This document shows, piece by piece, positions 36,761-50,040 of a DNA stretch of 64,000 nucleotides. Under the pieces are notes generated by a model. That model had not been told where the DNA came from and made no database searches. It was given only the letters and a program-made list of their open reading frames with translations. The translations under genes were made by a program, and so were the position numbers. The stretch spans positions 8,227,009-8,291,008 of the forward strand of contig MU058781.1 of the NCBI GenBank assembly GCA_013265495.1. The letters are read 5' to 3'. This DNA comes from Vicugna vicugna (Eukaryota). Numbering within the stretch: the stretch's first letter is position 1; every line of letters starts with the position of its first letter.

Positions 36761-37145
36761 ACCTGTAAGGTCTTGCGTTCAGATTCTCCTCTGCACAAAC
36801 CAACCTGCTTACACAATGATCTTCCTAATATACAAACAATCACCATACTGCCGACCACTCCCTTCCTGAGACACTTTGTTCTCTTGGCTTCCATGCTCCT
36901 TGGTTTCTTCCCATCTCTCTGGTTAATTCCTCCAAGGCTCTTGCTCAGCTCATCTTCCTCCATCTACTCCCTCGGCGTTAGCATCCCCAGTGCTCGGCTC
37001 AGGACCCTCCCTGTCGATGTCTAAGGCTTCAGTTACCACCTGCTCACGTGCACTCCTTGGCTTCCTTCACAGACGGGCCCTGACCACCCTCTAGTATAAA
37101 CTAGTAATGCACATACACACAAATGTGCACCATTCAGAACATCAA

Positions 37146-37300
37146 GGGGAGGGTACAGCTAAGTGGTAGAGTGCATGCTTAGCATGCACAAGGTCCTGGG
37201 TTCAATCCCCAGTACCTCCATTAAGGAAAAAATAAATAAATCTAATTACCTCCCCCTCCAAATAAACGTAAAAATGTAATAAAGCAACAAATAAAATTTT
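37146..37300 (+). mobile_element. tRNA-Ala-derived SINE (Vic-1-like, longer tail with ctaattacctcccc)
   Basis: GGGGAGGGTACAGCTAAGTGGTAGAGTGCATGCTTAGCATGCACAAGGTCCTGGGTTCAATCCCCAGTACCTCCA plus tail; catcaa present on both flanks. Confidence 0.88.
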
Positions 37301-39044
37301 TTAAATTCATCAATTTGTACTTATAAAGCTATGTGATAATCTGATTAACTACTGTCTCCCTTAGTAGCCTGAAGGCTCCATCAAGCCAAGGGCAGTCATG
37401 TGTGTTCCATTCACCACTGGTGTGTATGTAGCATGAACAAACAACTAAAATGTCATTTGTCTTAAAAGTCTCCGGTGGGTCCCCATCTAGTCGCATCAGA
37501 GCTCCTGAATCCAGCACACAAGGTGCTTCCCAGGCTGAGCTCTGCCTTGTCTCCCTGGACCCCCCTCCTCCAGCCACGCTCCATGTCCACCCAGGTTAAA
37601 CTGCCCTGGACTGCTCCCTTTCCAGAACTCCATCCTGCATTTTCAGGCCAGATCCCTTTCCATGTGCTCCTCCCTCTGCCTGCAACTCTTTCCTCCACCC
37701 TATGGTCTATCTGGAAACTGCCTAATTATCAGAAGACTCAGCTCCCACGTCACCTGACATAGCCTTGCTCATCCCACCCCCACTCCCAACACAAGTCATC
37801 GCTCCACTGCCTGCACGTCTCCAGTGCAACAGGTTAACATACAGAATTATAATATTAAAAGTCTACATGTGTATCTGTTTCCCCAACTCATTGTGACCTT
37901 GAGTATCCCAACCCTTGGGCACAGGAGGGGTTCACTTAACTGTCAGTGGAGATGAAACTGAAATGAGAACATTAAACATCTGTAATGGTTCAGACACTCA
38001 TCAGAAACAGACATAAATTCAGGAGGGATGACTTTTAAACATGTGTCATAAAACAGGGAAGATATATATCCTGATATTAAGTTATACTGAAATTCACAAA
38101 TTCACATTAAAACCGCTCATGAAGACTAGATCAACCGAAGGAACAGTCAAGTAGGGATAATAAAAATTCACCTGGTAGCAAGGGAAAGCCGGCTGAGTGT
38201 GAAGGGGTTTTGTAAACTCTAAAGCCCCGTGACTTGACTTTCTCTTTACCATCATTGGCAAACAAAGATGTTACCACACAAAAGACAATTTTTCCCTACC
38301 CAGGGTTCATCCTTAACCCTCTCCAAACCAAGAAGATGGTGCACAAAGCAAATGATAAGAAAACCCAGCTCCCCGAGGAGCGGAAGCCGTGGAACGGAGT
38401 GAGGTCTTTCTGCCCCCACCTCCTAGTCCCTTTCTTAAGCCAGTTCACAAGGGTCACGGCAGAAGCACAAGCAGATTCAAGACACTCTTCCAGGACCCTT
38501 CCAAGCGCAGCCATGCCTCTGCTTCCTCTTTCTCCTCCACAGGAGCTAGACCCAACCTTGCCGTGACCCCTCCCCCACACACACCCAGAGAGAAAAGCCA
38601 GTTCAATTCAGTTGTTATAATAAGACCCACTGATCAAGGCTGGGGCCAAGTACTGCATCCCCAAACAAGAGGGCAATGCACTCATGCCCTGGACAAACCT
38701 GAAACATCTAAGGAATCCAGGAGCGGCAGAGAGAGCATGTTTTCTGGAGACAGACCAACCTGAGTTCAGATCCCAGCACTGGCAAAACTAATCTGTGCTG
38801 TGAGAAGTCGGGACAGTAGTCATGTTAGGAAAGGAGGGTGTGGCAGAGATTGGAACATGAGTGATGGTAACATTACCCTTACTGGCCTGCGTAGTGGTTC
38901 CAGGAGTGTATTCACTCTGTGGAAACTCCCTGAACTGTATACAGATTGACCTCTCTGAGCTTTCAAATTTTTCATCTCAGGAAAAAAAAAACTATATCCT
39001 ATGGAGTTGTCCTAGAAAGAATATATTTGCAATAATGGTAGACA

Positions 39045-39290
39045 ATATTAAACGTAATAATATATATAATATATATAATTATATATGATATATAATGCAT
39101 ATATAATGCATATATAATAAAATAAACATCAAATAGTTATATTTTAATATAAATATATAACAAATGTGTTAAATATACTTATATTTAAATATAAGTGTAT
39201 AATATAAAATATATTTAACTATAAATATAAATGTATAATATATAAAAATATTTATATTTAAATATAAATATAGAAATTAATTTTAAAAAT
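39045..39290. repeat. AT-rich low-complexity tract, degenerate (TA)n/(TATAA)n
   Basis: About 250 bp almost entirely A/T. Confidence 0.9.
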
Positions 39291-41526
39291 CACAAACTCC
39301 TATTTAGTATATCATTTACATCAAAAATAATGAAACAATGTATTTAAAAGAGCTTGGTCTAGCCCTTGACACCAAGCAAGCATTGCAAACTTGGTAATTA
39401 TCATCAAGTTCCCCTAGAAGGCCTGTCCGTCCTAGGAGGCACTATATTCTGTCCAGTTGGTTCATATAAAGTAAATTAATGCCTGTGGTTTCTGCCCAAC
39501 ATAGTGGCTTAGGGAGGAAGTGGACATGGTACCCCAAGAACTCTCTAGACAAATCCTGAATAGCCACAGTCAGTCCTGAAGTGGGTCAGTTCCACATGGC
39601 AGCAAATGCTCGTCCTCCTCTCCTCTTCCTCAGCCGTCAGAGAGAACTCGTAACACAGTGATGGCAAGGGGAAAACTATTCACCAAGAACCCAGAAATCC
39701 TGGTCTTCAAGAGAACAAGTTCAAACCACCACAAAGCCCACATTTAGCGGGAAACCTGATGTGCAGAGGAGTTGCCTGGCTTTCCCATACTCACACTGCT
39801 AGCAAGCCAGGTTTCCTGACTCCAGGCTAGTGATCTTTTCCAGCGGCAAGAGGAAACAACTTCCCTCCATCGGGAAATGTGAACCACTCCCTACTTCTGC
39901 AGTACTGGCAGCCACACAGCAAAAAAAGAGGGGCAGAAACTTGTTCTGGTATTTTTCCCTCTCGGTCTTATGACATGGCCCTCTGCTACCACAATATTAT
40001 TGTGGGAAAACAGAAAGCCTCTCTGCCAAGGCCGGAGGACTCCATTCCTGGCCAGAGACCGACACAGGGAACCTGGAAACAGAGCTTGACCCTCTGAAAA
40101 ATGGGCCACACCCCCTCAGCATCACACAAGTGTGGGGGAAGCCGACAAATATGCTCTAGAGATGCAATGACATTTTTATTCATCATTTAATTGCTTCCAA
40201 CAGCACATTTAGGAAAAGCCAGGCATTTTTACCTCCCACTGCAAAAAAGCACTTTGTCATATTATGAAGAATTTCCAAAACCCATCCTTACCATATTAGA
40301 AATACAGATTTCCTATTTCCCTTCTGAAGGGCACTTAGAAGAGAAATGACTAGAAATCAGATTTCCAGAGCTCATCTGGATACAAAGTGGAGTGTCTGTA
40401 CAAGTTAAAAGCAGGCAGATAATAGTTCCCCTTGAAAACCAGGAAGTTATTGAGAGTAATTACAAGATTACACCTAAAAAACTAAATTCCAATGCTTTCA
40501 GAAAACTATTGCACTAGTAGTCTTATCAAAGAGCCTTCAGAAGCTGAAATAAGGCATCTCCTTTTTCAGAGAAGCCTCTGGAAAGGAAGTCATAGAAGGA
40601 TAAGTGTCTTTTCAAATATACTCAGTCATTCATTCCATAAATATTTATTGAGTTTTTACTTGTGCCAGGTATTATCTTAGGCTCCGAGGGTACAACAGCA
40701 AACAAAAGAGAAAAGTCTTTGTTTTCACAGAGCTCACATTCCAGTGTTACTGAAAGGCCAGATTAATACTGAGGTTTCAGAAAGACCATGGGAAGCAGAG
40801 ACAATGCCAACCAGACACTCCAGGGATCTTCGCTGGCTGTCCAAGCATGGAGCCGTCAAGGTAGAATTAAGTTACTTCTCTACTTTGAAATCAAAATATC
40901 ATAATAGAATATTTCTTCCTTTTTTAACAGTTTTATTGGACACCTTTAAAGTATGCAAAGTTATGAAATATTTCGTACTCAGAAAACCACAGCTAAATCC
41001 AAGATAACGGACAAACCCGTCGCCCCCACCCAGGCTGCTTCAGGCCCCGTGGGCTCCCTCTCACATCTCTCTGACCCACCCTACCCGCGGTGACCTCTGA
41101 TCCAATTTCTGTCACCAGAGGTCAGTTTGCACTTCTGAAAACAGAACTTGTGTGGCCTCTTTCATTCAGGATGTTTATTTGGCAATTCATCCATGTCACG
41201 GTGTGTGTCAATCATCCCTTCTTTTTTATCGCTGAGTAGCGGTCCGTTGTGGTAACCATGCGGGTTGTTTCCAGGTTGGTGCTATCACAAATAAGGCTGC
41301 CTAATTTCAACAGACTCTCTTTCACCTGAGTCCCAATTTGCATCATGCTTTTTTTTAAGTAAAGCTTTCTCTGAAGACTCCGAGCAATTAAGACCTCATC
41401 CCTCCCTTCTGATATCCCAGAGGACTCAGGATATGGCCAACAGGGACGGGTACCTCTTTATCCTGGAAATACATTTCAAAGTTCACGAAAAACCTCACCG
41501 TGCATTGTTCATTACAAGGGTCTTAC

Positions 41527-41604
41527 CTGTGAATGTTGGATACACTTGCAGTGACCATGATTCCGTAGCTCATTAGCACCAGCACGAAAAGATGCACAGA
41601 GTAC
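41527..41604 (-). CDS. MBOAT1: MBOAT1 coding exon 3 (78 bp)
   Basis: (W)YSVHLFVLVLMSYGIMVTASVSNIH(R). Acceptor aaag|G, donor AG|gtaag. Phase 2-2. Confidence 0.96.
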
Positions 41605-41876
41605 CTTTAATACACCACGGAACAGGGGAGGGAGAGAGAACACTGAGTAAATTTTGGTTAACATACCTCTCAGCCACCCACACTGCCACTCTACCTCCAC
41701 TCCCGCCAAAAAGCAAATGATCAATTAACTCAGGTTTACAGAAGAGAAAATAAATCAAGTGTTTTTGTTTATGTAATTAAGATACTGTATCTTGAAATGA
41801 CTCTAGGAAATCACGGCCTAGTCGGCCAACTGCAGTGAAGAGAGCTCTTTTTTTTTTCCAGGACTGTTTTTATTTT

Positions 41877-41988
41877 TTTGTTTCAGTCTACTAAGTTATC
41901 AAGAGCAAATTTTATTTTATTTTTTTAACATTTTTTATTGATTTATAATAATTTTTACAATGTTGTGTCAAATTCCAGTGTAGAGCAC
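41877..41988 (-). mobile_element. Very short 5'-truncated young L1 3' end with extra 3' segment, 20-bp TSD
   Basis: Minus strand reads gtgctctacactggaatttgacacaacattgtaa...tcaataaaaaatgttaaaaaaataaaataaaa. TSD tccaggactgtttttatttt at 41857-41876 and 41989-42008. Confidence 0.85.
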
Positions 41989-42647
41989 TCCAGGACTGTT
42001 TTTATTTTAAAGAACTAAGATCAAAGCTGAGCTGCCCCAGATACCAACACTCTTACTTGATGGTAATTCAAAATACTCATCATTCTTTGTCAAATTTTCA
42101 TTAAAGACGGGAAGAGCAATATTCCAGAATCCTGAACAAATTCCCTTAACTTATACTTCTAGAAATGTTCATTCCTAAAATTTCTTCCTCAAGAAGTACC
42201 ACACCCAGGGTATTTACTCGGCTTACCTAGTAAAGAAAAGTCTACTCTACAGGGTTTCTCTGTTAAAGAATGACACATTCCCTAAGATCAGCACTGAAAC
42301 TATTGCTCTTATCTCTAGCAGTGACGCAAAAAAAACACTAATTATCTCCAACAGTTAGGAAAGGTTCCTTGTTGGGAAAATAAAACATCATAACATTCCA
42401 TTTACATGACTCAGGGTGAGATCAGCAGATGTCTAATTTTAAGAAGAATTCACCAAATTGACTTCAAATAAGTAGTCAGTTTATTGGTTCCAGGTTCTTA
42501 ACGGTAAGGGGAGATTCCTGCAACATCCCCATTATTTTACAGTAAGAATAAATATCCTTTTCTCTTTAGTGCGCCTGGGAAATGCTAAGAATATTGCCAC
42601 AAAACACCCGAACGATAAATACTAGAATTTGGGAGACTCCTACTCAC

Positions 42648-42793
42648 CAGCCAAAACAAAAGATGACAAAATAGATGCCAAAAATGGTAGCAAATGCATG
42701 CCGGACATGGGGACTGGCTTTACCGGGACTTAAGTAGATGCGGAACCAGAAAGCAGCACACAGAGCAAGGAGCTGGCAGGCCACAAAATTCAC
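42648..42793 (-). CDS. MBOAT1: MBOAT1 coding exon 2 (146 bp)
   Basis: Translates VNFVACQLLALCAAFWFRIYLSPGKASPHVRHAFATIFGIYFVIFCFG(W). Acceptor ctgcag|GTG, donor TG|gtgagt. Matches recalled mammalian MBOAT1 N-terminal transmembrane region. Confidence 0.96.
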
Positions 42794-44241
42794 CTGCAGG
42801 GGAAAAGGAGAGAGTCAGAACCTGTACTGTTGGCCTGCGTGTGAACTTTCCCTACTTTTTTTCTGATCTCCTCATCAAGGTGCATCTCCGACTTGGATTT
42901 GGATGTTTCCCTCAGTAAAGCATTCATTTAGAGGAGCTACGAGAGATTGAAAAGATAACCTTATCCTCGTCTGGTATAAGAAGTCAATGAGCCCAAAAGT
43001 CTCTCCTCCAATCCTTGGAGACTAGCCAAGGTTGCTTTCTCATCGACAAACAGGAGACTTTTTATTGGAAACGGCCTTAGCTGATTGTGATGTCACTTTG
43101 CTGGGTGTCTTCCCCTCCCTCCACCTCCCCTCCCGTATTATACTAAGATAAAGAACGTGTTCTTTTTGAGATGCAGATGAATCAAATCCATGTGGCTTCC
43201 CTCACTGTTACCTAAGAAATCAGATGCTTCTCCAAAGCAATCATCAGCTGTTTTCTGATTCTCATTTTTCTCATTTTAAATTAACACCAAATAAGTAAGA
43301 GCATTGTTCAAACCCCAGGTGTGACACTAAAGATCCAGAAAAAAAAAGAAACAGCCCTGCATTCAACTTCCAATGCCAGTACTATCCAGTTATGCAAAAT
43401 AGGTACCGCATTTCCTTAGAAAAATCTCAGTGATCTCTCTTTCAAAAATATTTTACCTAAAAGAAACTATAAAATAATTCCCTGATACCCTTAGGAATGA
43501 TCAGCTGATTTAACTCAAAACCAAAATACATTCAGTGGTCTAACCATTAATTAACACCAGAAAAGCAGTTTAAACTTTTCAGAGTATTCAAGATGAAAAC
43601 TTCGGTATCAGTTTGCTTTTTAGAAGGGACTAAGGATACAGATATCTGAACAGACCCTCCACTTCAGCCTCGGCAGTTTCTCGCACTACAGAAAACTGGC
43701 TGTTGGGGAAATTCATCAGGGTTATGCTCTGCGAGGAGGGCGGAGGGAGCCAATGTCAGCTCGACCTGAGCTCATTTGTTTCCCCAATTAAAAATTGTGC
43801 TGGGTTTCCCCTCTATTTGGAGATCATTCTCTGCCAGTCTTTCCAAAAACGAATTCCTGTTACTGCCTCACTCCCATATTCCACCTTGAAAGACAAGAGA
43901 GGAGGTGAAGTGGGATCCTAGCCTGCAGGATGTGGTCATAGCTCTTAACAGCCTAAATGCACAACCAACAACACACACACATGCAGAGAGAGAGAAATAG
44001 AAAAATAACCATCTCAGCAAGGTTCAGAACGTAAAGGAATTGGCAACAAGAAAGTCAGAGTCACAACCATCTGTGAGTGATCAATCACATGTTCTTTCCA
44101 CCTCTGTGCCCAGGGACCAGCCCACAGTCACAGCAGAACATAGCTACTCAGGAGAGCAACCAAGGGGAAACTGGCTCCATTCTTTTTGGCTGGCCAGTAA
44201 TTACTGAGCGTCCCTGAATGTGAGGAATGATTTGGGGGCTA

Positions 44242-44420
44242 GAGCAGCAGTTCTCAAAAGTATAGCCCCTGAGCAGCAGCAGCAGCAGCAGCATCACCTG
44301 GAAACTTGTTAGAAATGCACGTTCTCCCCAGACCCACTACATATGACGTTCCCAGGGTGGGCTCAGCGATCTGGGTTTTATCAGGCCCCTGAGTGACTGT
44401 GATGGACATGCAAGTTTGGA
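44242..44420 (+). mobile_element. MER5A-like relic with an expanded (CAG)n tract
   Basis: cagcagttctcaaa...gcagcagcagcagcagcagcatcacctggaaacttgttagaaatgca. Confidence 0.75.
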
Positions 44421-47400
44421 AGAAAAAGATCTACCTTCAATAATAATCAAATTAAGTACCTGTGACCTCTCAGCCATGACCTGCAACAGATCCAATGGTT
44501 ACCAGCAGAGCCAGCCTCCTGGACTGCAAGATTCAGGTCCACCACTTCCTGGCTGAAGAGTTACCAAGCTCACTTTGTTTTGGCTCCCAGTCCACGTGGT
44601 GGAGGTAATGATAGTCATGCTACTTCACAGGATTGTTTTGAAGACTAAAGAAGTTAATATAGAAGATCACTCAAAGCAATCCTGGCATGGACTATTAATT
44701 AATTAAAGCACCTGCTATTAATATTATTCTCTACTAAATAAACACACAGATTATGCACAGATTACACTCAATATGCGGTCATTACTGCTGAGCGGCTAAG
44801 AACTGGCTTCTTCAGTCCCCTCCCTGCTGCCCGTGGACTGAGCCCCTCGCCTGCTCGTCATTTAGGCAACTGCCTGAGTTCGTGTGCCTTTACTTCCAGA
44901 GAGAGAGGTGATGCAGCCTGGGACAAAAGAGCCAAACTCTGGGTTTTCCAGTTCCTGAGCAGACTTTCATAAACCCAAAGCAGAGATAAATCTCAAAGTC
45001 AAAGCAGTCTCCAGAAACTTAGGGAAGATTCCTTTTTCCTTCTGAATTCTGAAAGGTTATCTTCAGAGATCCAGAGTAAAAGGAAAGAATTTAAAGCATG
45101 GAGTCTCTACCATAATCCCAGAGGGAAGAAAAGCCCTTCATGATGTAAGAGCTATTTTTAGCACCAAGGCTGATAAAGAGTTTGGCCAGCAAACTGAAGG
45201 AGGGCTGCAGCGGGGCATGACTGGCACTTAGACGTGGGGGCAGAAGGGCAAGAGCCAAGGAGCTGAGACCACGGAAGTGGGTGGGATCCCTTGGGAAGTC
45301 TGGAGGAAGGATGCAGGTATCACAGTAGAAGAGATGGTTGCCTGGCTTCTTGGAATGCAGCCTGGGGAGATGGCCAGCTCTGCAGAGGACTCCTTCCAGG
45401 AGGCATCACACAGGCCCCTCTCCCGGGCTCTGAAAACAGCAGAGAGGCCAGCTGAGGGCCAGCAGGCCTGAAAGGGTCTGTAGTTGGACCGAGCAGCCAC
45501 GGAAGGGGCTGCAGGGAATGGCAGATGATGTAGCAGCCAGAGGTCAACACCCAAGACCACAAGGATGGGTTCCTCCCAAGCAGAGGCCAGCAAGGTCCGC
45601 AGACCCCTCAGGGCCGAGCTCATTCCCAGGTGCAGAGGGAGACATACCTTTAACATAACCAGCCTTAAACGAGAGGTGAGCTGCCTAAAACTGGCAATTT
45701 AGCCTGAAAGCTGAATTAAGTTTACTAAGGAGAAATTTTTTAAAGTTCCATTCTTTGCATATCTGTCGTGGCTATAAATTTTAAACCCACTATGACTACC
45801 ACTATTAGAAACGTGCACAAAATTTTACATACCAAAAAAACACATACGCACACACCTCAGTATTATTTCTAGGAGCAAGGAGGAAGCTAAAAGCTCAACA
45901 ATTAGTAAAGACACTGGTCAACACATGAAACAAACTAAAGGATGCAACTTGTATGATAATCCTTTTCAAAAGAAATATGGTAGTATTTGCTGTAAGCCAT
46001 ACTCTTGACCAATGCCTGGAAGTTTATTCATTGGATGATGAAAAGCTAAATGCTGAAAAAATGTTGAGGAATTATTTATAAGACAAAATTAAGTAACCTA
46101 CCTACACATAGGATAATAGAGGCCAAGTAATTAATGGTAAACCCATTCAGTACAGTAAAAAAGGGCATAATAAAGCACCTATAATAAAATGAAAGCCATT
46201 TGCTGTAACTAATAAAAAGCAGAATATAATATTATATGGACATGTACAATAATATTTAAAAAAAAATAGTGGCATATGGAAAAAGGCCAAGATAACATGC
46301 AAAACTGAATATGACTATTTTATCAGGTTGACAGGAATCTAGGCAAATTCTTGGTAAAATTTTTTCAGTGTGTAATTGTAATTCCCATGTGGAACTTCTC
46401 ATACACACACACACACACCCCAACTACAATCAGGGCGCTCTAAGAAGCTCACAACAATCCTTACTTAATTCTACTTTATGCTCAGGGTTGCATTCATTAG
46501 CACCTACTATAAATAAATTTTAGAGAGGAGTTAGGCATAAATAGAAGTCAACCTGTAAAAAAGTTTCACCTTAAAAACACACCTTTATAAGTGGCAAGAT
46601 GTCAGGAGTAACAATGTGGATGGTCAAAAAAGATGGAAATAGGTATCTTCACATTTACTAAACCTTCACATTTAGAAGGCAAGTGTGCCAAGTTTTTACT
46701 TTTCTACTGATGCCCTCTCTCCAGAGCGGGAAAGAAGGCTGCACTTCCATTCGTGATGCCCAACAGCAACGCCCTCCACAATTAAAGGAGGGCGTGGGCC
46801 CTTCTGCACAAGGAGACGGTAGAGCACAGCCTTTTTCGTCAGACTCTTCAGCACAGAGAAGCCTGACGTAACTCAGATTCAGCAAGAGCTCGAGTTCCAC
46901 AGCTCTCGCGAGATTTCAGGGTCACGGCAAGAACACACGACACGTGGCCAAGGGTTTGACTTCGTAATTCACCAAAGCCCAGTCAAACTGAGCTGCAATT
47001 TTCCACTGCAAAGTTTTTCATCTCTGCTCTCACGTGCTGCCAGAAAGGCATTGCTTGGGGATTTCTGTTCCATGGCCTTCATATTCTTCCAACAGAAAAC
47101 GAACTTCGCCGAGAGAGCAAAACACTGCCTCCCTCCTCACGAAGAGATGCAAGCAGGCTATTTTTAACAAACTGCAAATATTAACAGTCCAAAATTATTT
47201 CCCCTCCTACAGTGATTTCCCAGTAGTTCACCAGCGAGGTGCAGGCAACTGTCCAGCCCTGGAATGTTTTTCTCAGCAACACTGCCTTATATGCTCCAAG
47301 ACAAAACCAATGTAATTAAACAATTCCTTATTTAAAGGCGAGCCGTTTCTCCTCCACAAACAGTGCTCTTTTGCATGGCCTCCTACAAATAAATGTGGCC

Positions 47401-47959
47401 GGGGGAGAGCACGAAACACGCAATTACTTTCTGTGCCACGGAACAAAAAGTGTCTGTCCCACAGCCTTCAGCCACTTTGCACTTTCAAAGACACCCTTGT
47501 TATACTTTAATTCCAAACTCCTCGGACTGTCAGCAAGAAATGCTCTTAAGTCTGTAATAAGCCAATGTTTTCCAAGCTTGTAGGTGAGAAAATATTATTT
47601 AAGATTGATAATCAGCGTGCGCAACTTAAAACCAAGCTTCCAACTGACATTCTGTCCCATCGTAACAATAAATACTGTTTTTGGGGTGCTTATTATGTGT
47701 GGGGCCCAGTGATAAACCTTACATAATTGATGAGATTTCAGCTCCACCACAACTTCAGGAAATAGCTTCCTCCCACTTTCCATAGGAGGAAAAGAAAAAA
47801 ATGAAACAATTAAGTACCAACCACTGAATTCACAAAGCTAGTGAGTGACAGAGACAGGGTTTAAACCTGGTCTGAGTCCTCACACATTATAATGTACCTC
47901 TTCCCTTCAACTCCACTCTCCCCAGTAATACAATCACTCAGGGAGAATTTAGTAGCTGC

Positions 47960-48334
47960 TGAATTAATCTGCCCAGGCTGCCAGAACACAGTGCCACAGA
48001 ATGGGGGACTTAAACGACAGAAGGCTTGATCGTCTCTTAATTCTGGAGGCTCCAAATTCAAGATGTTGGCGGGTTGGTTTCTTCTGAGGCCTCTCTCCTT
48101 GGCTTGCAGATGGCCGTCTCCTCCCTGTGTCTTGTGGTCTTCCAACTATCCATGTCTGTGTCCAAATTTCCTTTTCTTATAAGAACAGCAGTCATTGGAT
48201 TAGGACCCACCCTAATGATCTCATTCAACTTAATTACTTCTTTACAGACACTATCTCCAAATATAGTTGCGTTATGAGACACTGGGGTTTAGGACATTTG
48301 GATTTCGGGGGGGAACCCAATTCAGCCTATAACA
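47960..48334 (-). mobile_element. MLT1B/C-like solo LTR
   Basis: ttctggaggc...ttggtttcttctgaggcctctctccttggcttgcagatggccgtc...cagtcattggattaggacccaccctaatga...aattcagcctataaca. Confidence 0.85.
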
Positions 48335-50040
48335 TTTCCCAATAAAAATCCTCTACTCAAACACGTGGAATGAAACAGACTCTATGTTCGTTGCTCCTAC
48401 AAGTGGGAAGTTAGCAAGACCCAAATCAAATGGTGAGGGATGCTTGAGTCTTTGCATAAGCGAGAGCCTCCTTCTCACCTGGAGGAACCTCTCAGCCCAC
48501 AGAGACCGAGAGGGCTTCCCAGCTGCTGCCAACTTCCTGCTCCTGCTTATGTCAAAAGCTCATTAGCCAATAATGGGTTTACGTGTGCTGAGAAAGTTCA
48601 TTACCCCTTAGCCTGCACTTCAAACACACAAGTTTTAAATAGTAACAGTCGGCATTTACTGAGCATGTATGTTTACTAAGCTCAACAAATGCTGGCTGTT
48701 ATTCTAAAAGCTTCACATCTATTATCTCATTTAATCTTCCCAACAACCCTCAAGTGTTACTGAGGAAACTAAGACACAAAGTAAATGGCCCTGAAACACT
48801 CAGCTACAGGGCAGCACCGTGAGGTGGAGCGAGACGCTGAGTCACTGCCCGCTGGGGGCCTCTCAAGACCTCACCCTTGTCCAGGGGAAGCCTTGGATCA
48901 GCTGCTCCAAGTCCTTTCCAACAGCTCTCCTTTGAGGTTTGCACAAACCTTCTCCATGAGTTTTTTTATTCACAAAACAAGCCTTCTTCCATCATTTCAG
49001 AGTAAGTCATCCAGTCCCTCTCTCATTATCTTAGAAAAGATTCCTGTAGACTTGGTCAGAGTTTAAACTGTACAGGAAGACGTGGGGCTGACCTTATTCT
49101 GTAAATTTCATGTCATGTATTAGTTATGATTTACAATTAAAAACCCTTTAAAAACCGACTTCAATGGAGACAAAGGGGCAAATATTTATGCCAATTCTTT
49201 AGCCATGGCAAAGAAAAACCTTGAAATGTGTGGGTGATATCTTTTAAGGATCTTTCTCCAGCTTTCCTCCCACCCCATAAATCATACCCTTGTAATCCTT
49301 GGCCACATAGGCAGGGAAGCCTTAATACGACTCAGGACCATTTGAGGCATCCTGAAAAACCTTGCCCGCAAGCATGCTGTCACCTACCTCCCCTGGAGAT
49401 ATCATTTGCCCATTAGAATTAATTCCAATGTTAGCCAGTAAAAAATAATACTAACTAACAATAATAACAGCAGCTGGTACTTAGGGTGCTTACTATACCG
49501 CAGGCACAGCTCTGAGTCCTTCTGCCTGCGTAACTCCTTCAAAGTCACAACTCTTTGAGGCATTCCTTTCATAAATGGGTACATTAAGTCACAGGTTAAG
49601 AAATTTTCCTCCAAATCACACACCCAGTAAGAAGTAACACCAGAATTTCAACTCCAGGAATCTGGTTCCAGCGTCCGTCTGTTCAGCCACCCCGGAATGA
49701 TTCACTGAGTTCAATCTTCTCCCGTAAGTCCAACATCTCACTTTTCCAGACGAGGGAAGTGGAGCCCAGAGTTGGCCAGTCACTCAGCCTGGGTCACACA
49801 GCCACTGAGCATCAGAGCTGGGACAAGAACTAAGGTGACCTGACCCCAGTCCAGCACACCTTCCCCAGCAGCCTTGGATGTGGGATGGAAATAAAACAGG
49901 GTGCAGGGGGTCAGACAGACCCAACTAGAAAGAAGTTCTGAGTGAGGAACCCTGGTCTGCCAAAGGGGGGAGGTGACACATACTGCTGAAGGAAACACCA
50001 CTGAAGAAGCACTGTAATGTTTGGGGACAACTTGATAATC

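Noticed and set aside
49909..49921. Near-ERE GGTCAgacAGACC (and GGTCAcgcTGAGC at 3517-3529), noted because MBOAT1 is reported to be estrogen-receptor regulated
   Set aside because: One-mismatch EREs are expected about twice by chance in 64 kb, and I saw no perfect GGTCAnnnTGACC.
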